Assembly (NCBI GenBank): GCA_965602015.1
Contig: OZ271918.1
Location: 1,568,001 to 1,632,000 of the forward strand
From: Salinispira sp.
GTDB taxonomy: Bacteria > Spirochaetota > Spirochaetia > DSM-27196 > Salinispiraceae
Direction: 5' to 3'
Length of the DNA: 64,000 nucleotides
Shown: positions 56,230 to 64,000 of the stretch, piece after piece
Layout: each line of letters begins with the position of its first letter
How positions within the stretch are numbered: position 1 is the first letter of the stretch
Notes under the pieces: model-generated
The model's database searches: none
Told to the model about the DNA's origin: nothing
Seen by the model: only the letters and a program-made list of their open reading frames with translations
Position numbers and translations under genes: made by a program

Positions 56230-57585
56230 TTACTGCCTGTCGGACATAGGAATAAAGGGACGGCCGCCCAAAACATTTTTATATGCCGGGCGGTATATCC
56301 GGCTGCCAAGGGAGAGTTCTTCCAGGCGGTGGGCGCACCATCCGGCGATTCGGCTTACCGCGAAAATTGGGGTAAAAAGCTGATCGGGAATACCCAGCAG
56401 GCTGTACACAAAGCCCGAGTAAAAGTCCACATTCGGGCTGATGACCTTCTCATTTTGCTTAACTTCGGCGAACGCCCGGGGACTGAGTTCTCGAATCAGT
56501 TCGTATAACTGGAATTCCCTCTCGGCGTCTCCGCCCAGCGACTCGGCAAGGGTCTTCGCCTTGGCCTTGAGCAGTTCAGCCCGGGGATCCGATAGGGTGT
56601 AGATGGCATGGCCCATACCGTAAATAAGCCCGCTCCCGTCATGAGCGTCCCCCTGGAGGATCTTTTTGAGATAAGCCAACACGTCACGGCGGTTATCCCA
56701 GTCCTTGAGATTCTCTTTGATATTATTGACCATTTCCCTGACCCGGTTGCTGGCCCCTCCGTGCCGGGAACCCTTGAGGCTGCCCACCGCCGCCGCGATA
56801 GCCGAGTAGGTGTCGGTGTATGCCGAAGTAACCACATGCACTGTGAAGGCCGAGTTGTTACCCCCGCCGTGCTCCGCATGAAGAACCAGGGCCAAATCCA
56901 GCAGTTCGGCCTCCAGCTCGCTGTACTCGCCGCTGGGCCGGATCATATGGAGAAAGTTTTCTGCAGACGAGAGTTCGGGATTCTGCGCATGAATTATAAG
57001 ACTTTCGGAATTGTAAAAGCGGCGGGTAGCCTGATAACTGTAGGCCACCATTGCGGGAAATCTGGCGATCAGCTCGATAGACTGGCGCAGGACATTCCGC
57101 AAACCGTTGTCCTCAGGATTTTTATCATAACTGTAGGTTCCCAAAACCGCCCTGCCCAGCTTATTCATGATGTCCGGGCTGGGGCTACGGAGAATTATAT
57201 CTTCCCAATAACCCGGCGGCATGGTACGACGGGCGCCGATAAGGGAAGTAAACTCTTCGAGCTCGGCGCCATTGGGCAGGCGCCCGAAGAGAAGTAGGTA
57301 GACTACCTCTTCAAAGCCGTGACGCTGCTCTTTTTGGAAGTTGGCGACAATATCGGAAATATCTATGCCCCGATAGCGCAACCGTCCCTCCACGGGGATT
57401 TTTTCATTTTCGTCGAGTATATAGCCGTGGACGTCGCCGATCTCCGTCAGGCCGACCAGGACGCCGGTGCCGTCTTCATTGCGAAGGCCCCGTTTAACCG
57501 AGTATTTCTGATATTCTGCGGGGGTTATTACCTTCGCGCCGCTGATGAGCTTCGCATGTTCATCGATAAATCGGCCTTCGTTCAT
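56230..57585 (-). CDS. gltA: Citrate synthase
   Basis: L.YRG, YLLLFG.LP, HAEHGGGNNS, G..HGGA, YGMGHAIY...DPR, PNVDFYSG, SRIAGW.AH, RP. Confidence 0.92.
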   Translation of the reverse strand: MNEGRFIDEHAKLISGAKVITPAEYQKYSVKRGLRNEDGTGVLVGLTEIGDVHGYILDENEKIPVEGRLRYRGIDISDIVANFQKEQRHGFEEVVYLLLFGRLPNGAELEEFTSLIGARRTMPPGYWEDIILRSPSPDIMNKLGRAVLGTYSYDKNPEDNGLRNVLRQSIELIARFPAMVAYSYQATRRFYNSESLIIHAQNPELSSAENFLHMIRPSGEYSELEAELLDLALVLHAEHGGGNNSAFTVHVVTSAYTDTYSAIAAAVGSLKGSRHGGASNRVREMVNNIKENLKDWDNRRDVLAYLKKILQGDAHDGSGLIYGMGHAIYTLSDPRAELLKAKAKTLAESLGGDAEREFQLYELIRELSPRAFAEVKQNEKVISPNVDFYSGFVYSLLGIPDQLFTPIFAVSRIAGWCAHRLEELSLGSRIYRPAYKNVLGGRPFIPMSDRQ

Positions 57586-57728
57586 TGTATATTCTCCGTT
57601 TTCAAGAGGCGTTCTTGGCAAGGCACTTTCACTAGCGCCGTTCCTGCATAGCTGCTTTATGGGATATTTATAAGTATATCACGGGGCATTTTGCATGTAT
57701 ATACAACCTAATTGGCGATATACGGCGA

Positions 57729-58433
57729 TTAGTCAATCTTCCGATAAAAGAGTTCACGAATCGTATAACGTTTTTCAAGGCCCTTCCGTTCAAACGCGGT
57801 TTCAGGCCGCCAGCTCTGGGGTTCGGCAAAGCCATCATACTGGTTTTTTACTCCGGGAAAGGCATCGAGGACTTCCTGCATCCAGATGGCATAATCTTCC
57901 CAATCAGTGGCGAGGTATATATAGCCGTCGCCGAGAAGTTTTGGCGTCAGAAGCTCAAGAAACTGCCTCTGTATGAGTCTCCGTTTAAAGTGTCGTTTTT
58001 TGGGCCAAGGGTCGGGGAAAAAAATATGCACACCGGAAAGGCTGTCGTCTTGTATCATATACTTTAAAACTTCAACGGCGTCGTGCTGAATGATCTTGAG
58101 ATTATCGACACCGCGATCATCAATCCGTTCCATGAGTGCGGCAACACCCGGAATGTGGACCTCCACCCCCAGATAGTTGATGTGAGGATTGCTCTCTGCT
58201 ATCTCTATGGTTGCGTGTCCCATCCCGAAACCAATTTCAAGAACCAGCGGTTTGACGCTTGCAAAGAAATGCCGGGGATCGGAAAGCGAATTGGCAAAGG
58301 GCAGGATATAGCGCTTTGCCAATTGATCGTAACGCTCCCATTTAGCGACGCTCATCCTGCCCTGACGACGGACGAAGGAGCGAACCAGGCGCCGCCCCTC
58401 TCCGTCATACACCGGCTTTGGAATATCCCTCAT
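57729..58433 (-). CDS. trmB: tRNA (guanine-N7)-methyltransferase
   Basis: RSFVRRQGR, LEIGFGMG, GVEVH.PG, DA, FPDPWPKKRH.KRR, ATDWEDY, T.FE. Confidence 0.95.
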   Translation of the reverse strand: MRDIPKPVYDGEGRRLVRSFVRRQGRMSVAKWERYDQLAKRYILPFANSLSDPRHFFASVKPLVLEIGFGMGHATIEIAESNPHINYLGVEVHIPGVAALMERIDDRGVDNLKIIQHDAVEVLKYMIQDDSLSGVHIFFPDPWPKKRHFKRRLIQRQFLELLTPKLLGDGYIYLATDWEDYAIWMQEVLDAFPGVKNQYDGFAEPQSWRPETAFERKGLEKRYTIRELFYRKID

Positions 58434-60802
58434 TTTCCGGGCTCCTGAATATAGGAGCTGACCTCTGTTTTGATATACTCCTCTAAATCGCACAATTTGC
58501 GAAGGGAGAGCATGTCTTTGGACACTTTTTCCGCCTGTACCCGGTCATAGCTCCCGATAAAACTTTTGAGGTCCGAGATCTTCTTCGGATCTACGGAGAT
58601 TTTTCGCAAGCCCCGTCCGATTAGGAATGGTAGCAGTGCAGGATCCGCGCCGGCTTCACCGCACACCGAGAGTTCGCCGATTTTATCTCCGACGCTCTCA
58701 GTAATTCGGTCCAGCACCCGCAGGACCGCAGGATGGTAGGGCCGGTACATGTCCTCAACTTTTTCGTTGGTGCGATCCACCGCAAGCAGATACATAATCA
58801 GGTCATTGGTTCCGATTGATAAAAAATCACTGTCGCTGGCCAGGTCGCCGGCGATTTCCGCCGCTGCAGGCAGTTCGATCATTGCTCCTAATCGGGGGGA
58901 GTCGTTGAAGGGAATCTTGTCGCTTTTTAACTCGTCCATGGCCCGATACACCATATCCCGGGCATCGTGGTATTCCTCTATAGAGCTGATCATGGGAAAC
59001 ATAATCCCCACATTATGGCCTTCCCCGGCCCTGAGTATGGCCCTGATCTGCTCCATGAAGATTTCTCTGTTGCCGAGGGAAAAGCGAATGCCCCGAAAGC
59101 CCAGGAAGGGATTGGCTTCCCGATGCTCCGGATTGATGCCGATGAGTTTATCGCCCCCTACATCCAGGGTTCGGAAAATAACTTCCTTTTTTCCCATGGG
59201 CTCGAGTACCCGGCGGTAAATGCTCGTCTGATCTTCTTCGGAGGGAAAGTCATTGCGAACCAGAAAGGGAAACTCGCTGCGGTACAGACCGATACCTTCG
59301 GCTTTTTGCTCGACGGCGAACTTAACATCCTGAACGAGATTGACGTTGGCCAGAATCTTGACCCGCGTCCCGTCCGGGGTCTTGCAGCGTTCGGGAATGT
59401 CTATCGTCCGCTGAGTGACCACCGCATATTCCCGTTGAATCCGCTCGTACTGCTCAATTACCGGTACTGCGGGATTTATAAACAGTTTGCCCGCATCGAC
59501 GTTGAGGATTAGGGGGACATCGTCCTCCATGTCGAGGATTCCCACCTCCCGAACAAAAATGGTCGGCAGATTAAGGCTTCTCGCCAGAAGGGCAACGTGG
59601 GCAGTCTCGCCGCCTCCGAGCATTACCAATCCTTCCGCCTTCTCGGCGGCGAACTTGACAATTTCCGAAGGGAAAATGTCGGCGGCCACAATTATCTGTC
59701 CGGAGAAGTCCCGCCGAATTGCCACGGTATCGGCATCCAGATTTCGAATCAACCGGTGACCCAAATCCAGAACATCCTGGGTTTTTTCCTGTATTCGGGG
59801 GTTTGATTGGGAAGAGAACAGTTCGACATAGCGGTTTACCACATCCTGAATTGCATCTTCGGCCCGGTTGCCCTTTTCGATCTCCGCCTGCATGGCTCCT
59901 GAGAATTTGTCGTCCCTGAGCATCAGCATGTGTGCCGAGAAGATTAAGTCGGCGACCTCCGCAATCGCATCGCCCAGGCTTCGCTGAATATCCTCCAGCT
60001 GCTCCTTTGTGCTGCTCAGGCTTTGGGCAAATCGGGTGAGCTCTTCGGTGACCGGATCTGATTTTCTCGTTGCTGAAGTGTTCCCGGCGCCCAGGGCCTC
60101 GAGATCGGACACATCGATATGAACTTCCGGCGCCTTCATTTTGCGAAAACTCTGGGCTTTCCTTCTCAGGATGACCGAGCGTCCTATGCACACCCCGCGC
60201 CCCACACCGACGCCTGCCATAATCTCCGGAAGCCGGGATGTGGTCTCCCTTCTCTCCTGGTAGAGCTCCATGAGAACTTCCGCATTTTCTAAAACCGCAG
60301 CCAACTGGCTGGCGATTGCCCGAAGGGCCCGGGTGTCCTGTTTGGTGAAATAATTCGGCCGTTTGTGCTGAAGGGTGATCACCCCGATTTTGTTGACTCC
60401 CCGGCGTATCGGCACGGCGATAAACGCCTCGAATCGCTCTTCCGAACTGCCGGGAATTGCTTTGAAAAACGGCGACTGACTGGCCTTTCCCTCCCTGATG
60501 GGGCGGATTTCCTTAAAAGACAGGCCGGTTATTCCTTCCCCGACCTGCAGCTCGAGGGTATCGACCAGCTGATCATTCAAACCCTTGGTGGCCCGGAGAA
60601 TAAGCCGGTCCCGGGCATTTTCATAGAGATAGATGGAACAGACGTCGCTGTGCATGTGCTGGGAAACCATGCCGACCACGTCCGAAAGAAATTCGGGTAT
60701 CGAGCCGGTGCGCTCAAAAATGCTGGTCAGCTCCGCCATATTGCAAAGAAGGTCAAAGCTGCGAGTTTGAATCTTGTCGATCTGCCGGTTCCTGCTTTTC
60801 AT
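58430..60802 (-). CDS. ptsP: GAF-domain PEP-protein phosphotransferase (Enzyme I-Ntr type)
   Basis: N-terminal GAF (CSIYL, L.LRAT.GL, GEGITG); phospho-His motif GGETAHVALLAR; GIGLYRSEF, RTLDVGGDK, NPFLGFRGIR, MIELP, SIGTNDL, CGE. Confidence 0.92.
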   Translation of the reverse strand: MKSRNRQIDKIQTRSFDLLCNMAELTSIFERTGSIPEFLSDVVGMVSQHMHSDVCSIYLYENARDRLILRATKGLNDQLVDTLELQVGEGITGLSFKEIRPIREGKASQSPFFKAIPGSSEERFEAFIAVPIRRGVNKIGVITLQHKRPNYFTKQDTRALRAIASQLAAVLENAEVLMELYQERRETTSRLPEIMAGVGVGRGVCIGRSVILRRKAQSFRKMKAPEVHIDVSDLEALGAGNTSATRKSDPVTEELTRFAQSLSSTKEQLEDIQRSLGDAIAEVADLIFSAHMLMLRDDKFSGAMQAEIEKGNRAEDAIQDVVNRYVELFSSQSNPRIQEKTQDVLDLGHRLIRNLDADTVAIRRDFSGQIIVAADIFPSEIVKFAAEKAEGLVMLGGGETAHVALLARSLNLPTIFVREVGILDMEDDVPLILNVDAGKLFINPAVPVIEQYERIQREYAVVTQRTIDIPERCKTPDGTRVKILANVNLVQDVKFAVEQKAEGIGLYRSEFPFLVRNDFPSEEDQTSIYRRVLEPMGKKEVIFRTLDVGGDKLIGINPEHREANPFLGFRGIRFSLGNREIFMEQIRAILRAGEGHNVGIMFPMISSIEEYHDARDMVYRAMDELKSDKIPFNDSPRLGAMIELPAAAEIAGDLASDSDFLSIGTNDLIMYLLAVDRTNEKVEDMYRPYHPAVLRVLDRITESVGDKIGELSVCGEAGADPALLPFLIGRGLRKISVDPKKISDLKSFIGSYDRVQAEKVSKDMLSLRKLCDLEEYIKTEVSSYIQEPGK

Positions 60803-60859
60803 CGGTCTACCATAATAGAGGATTAATCCGCTTTTGGGTAGCGTGGGATTGGCCGAGCT

Positions 60860-63800
60860 CTACCCGGCAATGCTTGACAGGCGATCGCGCAGATATTCGC
60901 TCTTCTCTTTCAAGCCGACTACTGAGGTGTCGACAATAAGCACTTCAGGGTGCTTGGGATCGACCTTCACGCTGCCTCCGCTTGTGCGGATGAGTTCCAT
61001 GATTTTATTGATATTGAGTTTGGCGACCTTGGCAAAATGGACCCGGGCGGAACCCCTGCGCTCCCTGATCATTGAAATATTGAGGTCCCAGCAGAGAATC
61101 CGGATTTCCGCAAGAGACAGGAGACTGGCCACCTCATCGGGAATCGGACCGTAGCGGTCCAGGATTTCCGCGTGCACCGCATCAAGATTCTCCTGGGAGG
61201 TGACAGCGGCTATTTTTTTATACACTTCCATCTTTTCCATGGTATCCGAAATATACGAATCGGGGATGAATCCGCTGTATTCCATCTCGAGGTAAATTTC
61301 CGAGGGCAGCTCTTCCTGCTCGTCGCTAAGCCGGCGGATCGCCTGATCAAGGAGACGCAGGTACAAGTCAAAGCCAATCGAGTATATATCTCCGCTCTGT
61401 TGGGAACCGAGCAGATTGCCCGCCCCCCGGACCTCCAGGTCCTTCATGGCTATTTTAAAGCCCGAACCCAGTTCGGTATGATCAGAAATAATCTGAAGCC
61501 GCTTCATCGCCAGTTCGCTCAGCGCCCGCTGTTCGGGGTACAGCAAGTAGGCATGGGCGAGCCGCCCGCTGCGCCCTACCCGTCCTCGCAGCTGATAGAG
61601 CTGACTGATTCCGTACATATCAGCCCTGTCGATAATAATCGTGTTCACATTAGGTATATTGATGCCGTTTTCAATGATGGTGGTGGCCACCAGCACCTGG
61701 AAGCCGCCGTGGATAAAGCGGTGCATAATATCCTCGAGCTCGTGGGGATTCATTTGACCGTGAGCCATTTCAACCATGACCTCGGGCACGATCTTCCGTA
61801 GAAAGAGCTGGACATTCTCAAGGGTTTCCACCCGGTTATGCAAATAGAATACCTGTCCTCCCCGTTCAACCTCCCGTCGTATTGCCCGGGCAACCAGCTC
61901 CTCGTCGAAGGCTTCGACATAGGTCTCAATGGGACGTCGGTTGTACGGAGGGGTTTTTAATAAGCTCATATCCCGAATCTTCAGCAGGCTCATATGCAGG
62001 GTTCGGGGTATGGGTGTGGCCGAAAGTGTGAGGCAGTCAATTGAGGCCTTTAATTCCTTGAGCCGTTCTTTATCCTTAACCCCAAAGCGCTGCTCCTCAT
62101 CGATTATCAATAGCCCCAGATTTGCGAACTTCACATCCTTTTGGATAATGCGGTGGGTTCCCACCACCATGTCGGTTTCGCCCTCTTCAAGGGACTTCAG
62201 GGTTTTTCGCTGTTCACCCTTTCCCACAAGCCGGCTCATCATGGCGGTTTTTACGGGAAACTTTTCGAGCCGTTCCTCGAGATTTTCAAAATGCTGTTCG
62301 GCAAGGATGGTTGTGGGGGCGAGAAAGGCGACCTGCTTGCCGGCGCTGATGGCCTTAAATGCGGCCCGCATGGCGATTTCGGTTTTTCCGTATCCCACAT
62401 CTCCGCAGACAAGCCGGTCCATTGGAACGGCCCGTTCCATATCCCGCTTGACCTCATCGATGCAGCGCACTTGGTCCTCGGTTTCTTCGAAGGGAAAGGA
62501 AGCTTCAAACTCAATCTGCCATTCGCTGTCCTCGGGAAAGGCGTAGCCGGTGGCTTTTTTGCGTTTGCTGTAGAGGGTAAGCAGACGCTCAGCCAAATCT
62601 TCCACATGTTTGGAAACCCGGCTCTTTCGCTTTTCCCAGCTCTTTCCCCCAATGGTGTCGAGGCGGGGATCCGAGCCCTGGCTGCCGATATAGCGTTGGA
62701 TAAGATTCACTTGCTCAATGGGGACGAAAATGTATTCTTCTCCGGCATACTCGAGCTTGATATAATCCCGCTCGTTACCCCCGGCGGTTATCCGCTGAAT
62801 ACCCCGGAATTTCCCGATACCGTGGTTCACATGGACAACGTGGTCTCCCTCGTCGAGTTCGACAAAACTGTCTATGGCCTCACTCTTGACCTTTTTGACC
62901 GAGCGCGGTACCCGCTTCTTCCGGCCGAAGATTTCGTTTTCATGGATGACCATGACCGAGCGATCCCGGATACTGAAGCCCTCCGAGATATTCTCCGGAA
63001 GAATTTCCAACTGGTACTCGTTAAGCAGGTGGTCGAGACGCATTTTTTGGACATCTGAATCCGCAAGGATGATTACTCGGTATCCCGCGGAGAGCATATT
63101 CTCGAGCTCTTCCTTAAAAAAGGTGATATTGCCAAAATAGCTGCGTGAGCCGTCAGAGTCGAAGCGGACCTCGGCGGCAGCGGGAAGCAATGCCGGACGG
63201 GCGCTGCGGTCAATGGGACGCTCATCCTCCATAAGAGACTCAACGGGGCTGTCATCCGAGACCCCATGGTCCTCCGGATGGGCAGACTTAAGAAGCGGCA
63301 TTCGAAGCAGCGAAGGTGAATCGTTTTCCAAAACCTCAAGGGGTATGAGAAGCCGCTCAGGCCGGGGAATCGGTTCACTGTGCCGAATCTTACGGTACAT
63401 CGCCCCGTATTCCCGCTGAAGACTTTCCTCGGCGGCGTAGCAGCGCTCATATTCACCGAGAACGGTGAGGCATTTTTCTCCCAGATAGTCCATGATCGAT
63501 GACTGTCGCTGGGTGCGGAATGCCAGGGGAAAAAACCGCTCATGGCCTTCCTGTTCGGTAAGTATCCAAGCTTCGATGATCTCATCGGCCCGTTCGCGGA
63601 TTTCCGGGAGTTTTTCCAGATTGCTGCGGAGTATGGCGATTCGCTCTTCATCCCAGATGAGCTCCCGGCTGGGACGTATGGAAATATTTTCGAGAGTCTC
63701 AAGCGAGGACTGGCTGCCCACATCAAAGCGGCGTATCTGCTCGATTTCATCCCATCCGAACACGATTCTGATGGGATTATCATCGCCGGCCATAAATACA

Positions 63801-64000
63801 TCGCAGACTTCCCCTCGGAGAGCGTACTCCCCCGGCACCGAGACCCTCTGCACCCTGAGGTATCCCCCGGCTTCTAATCGCGAAGCAAAATCCTGAGGAT
63901 CGAAGGTGCTGCCCTTCGAGATGCTGACATAGCGGCTTTGGATGTAATCCGGGGGCGGAAGGGGGGCGAGAAAGGACCGTATTCCGGTGCAGATAACATC
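60860..64000 (-). CDS. mfd: Transcription-repair coupling factor (5'-truncated by the window edge)
   Basis: VVH.NHGIG, MDRLVCGDVGYGKT, DEEQRFGV, SATPIPRT, QLRGRVGR, DLEVRGAG, DRYG; frame is open to base 64000. Confidence 0.96.
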   Translation of the reverse strand, partial: DVICTGIRSFLAPLPPPDYIQSRYVSISKGSTFDPQDFASRLEAGGYLRVQRVSVPGEYALRGEVCDVFMAGDDNPIRIVFGWDEIEQIRRFDVGSQSSLETLENISIRPSRELIWDEERIAILRSNLEKLPEIRERADEIIEAWILTEQEGHERFFPLAFRTQRQSSIMDYLGEKCLTVLGEYERCYAAEESLQREYGAMYRKIRHSEPIPRPERLLIPLEVLENDSPSLLRMPLLKSAHPEDHGVSDDSPVESLMEDERPIDRSARPALLPAAAEVRFDSDGSRSYFGNITFFKEELENMLSAGYRVIILADSDVQKMRLDHLLNEYQLEILPENISEGFSIRDRSVMVIHENEIFGRKKRVPRSVKKVKSEAIDSFVELDEGDHVVHVNHGIGKFRGIQRITAGGNERDYIKLEYAGEEYIFVPIEQVNLIQRYIGSQGSDPRLDTIGGKSWEKRKSRVSKHVEDLAERLLTLYSKRKKATGYAFPEDSEWQIEFEASFPFEETEDQVRCIDEVKRDMERAVPMDRLVCGDVGYGKTEIAMRAAFKAISAGKQVAFLAPTTILAEQHFENLEERLEKFPVKTAMMSRLVGKGEQRKTLKSLEEGETDMVVGTHRIIQKDVKFANLGLLIIDEEQRFGVKDKERLKELKASIDCLTLSATPIPRTLHMSLLKIRDMSLLKTPPYNRRPIETYVEAFDEELVARAIRREVERGGQVFYLHNRVETLENVQLFLRKIVPEVMVEMAHGQMNPHELEDIMHRFIHGGFQVLVATTIIENGINIPNVNTIIIDRADMYGISQLYQLRGRVGRSGRLAHAYLLYPEQRALSELAMKRLQIISDHTELGSGFKIAMKDLEVRGAGNLLGSQQSGDIYSIGFDLYLRLLDQAIRRLSDEQEELPSEIYLEMEYSGFIPDSYISDTMEKMEVYKKIAAVTSQENLDAVHAEILDRYGPIPDEVASLLSLAEIRILCWDLNISMIRERRGSARVHFAKVAKLNINKIMELIRTSGGSVKVDPKHPEVLIVDTSVVGLKEKSEYLRDRLSSIAG

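Overview
A gene-dense 64 kb chromosomal window, most likely from a free-living spirochaete (Spirochaetaceae-like). This is inferred from lineage-typical genes: a spiro-SPASM radical-SAM protein, a UPF0164 barrel, a spirochaete-type EF-G2, a long thymidine kinase and an 'FAGGGxE' export signal. Housekeeping content includes xseAB, a DnaE2-type polymerase, yhhQ, a BMP-family nucleoside ABC transporter, tdk, an M18 aminopeptidase, a THUMP RNA methyltransferase, uppS, recQ, a ROK kinase, tRNA-Val(TAC), two EF-G paralogues, a GH13 hydrolase, citrate synthase, trmB, ptsP and mfd (partial). I saw no CRISPR array, integrase, transposase or prophage. The most interesting candidates are: (1) a ~14.7 kb putative trans-envelope signalling locus (outer-membrane barrel, giant helical exported protein, Asp-box/HAMP/PP2C sensor phosphatase, K+ channel and a stand-alone cNMP-binding protein); (2) two neighbouring EF-G paralogues with complementary motif loss, one preceded by a ~120-nt three-way-junction leader; (3) a structured leader ahead of yhhQ that does not resemble known preQ1 riboswitches by eye; (4) a very acidic repeat lipoprotein paired with an outer-membrane barrel; (5) an orphan dnaE2 with large disordered PHP insertions and an operator-like palindrome; and (6) a tRNA 3'-end-linked palindromic element. 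All family calls come from motif recognition by eye and no searches were run. Several start codons were re-assigned relative to the ORF track using RBS, overlap and homology cues.
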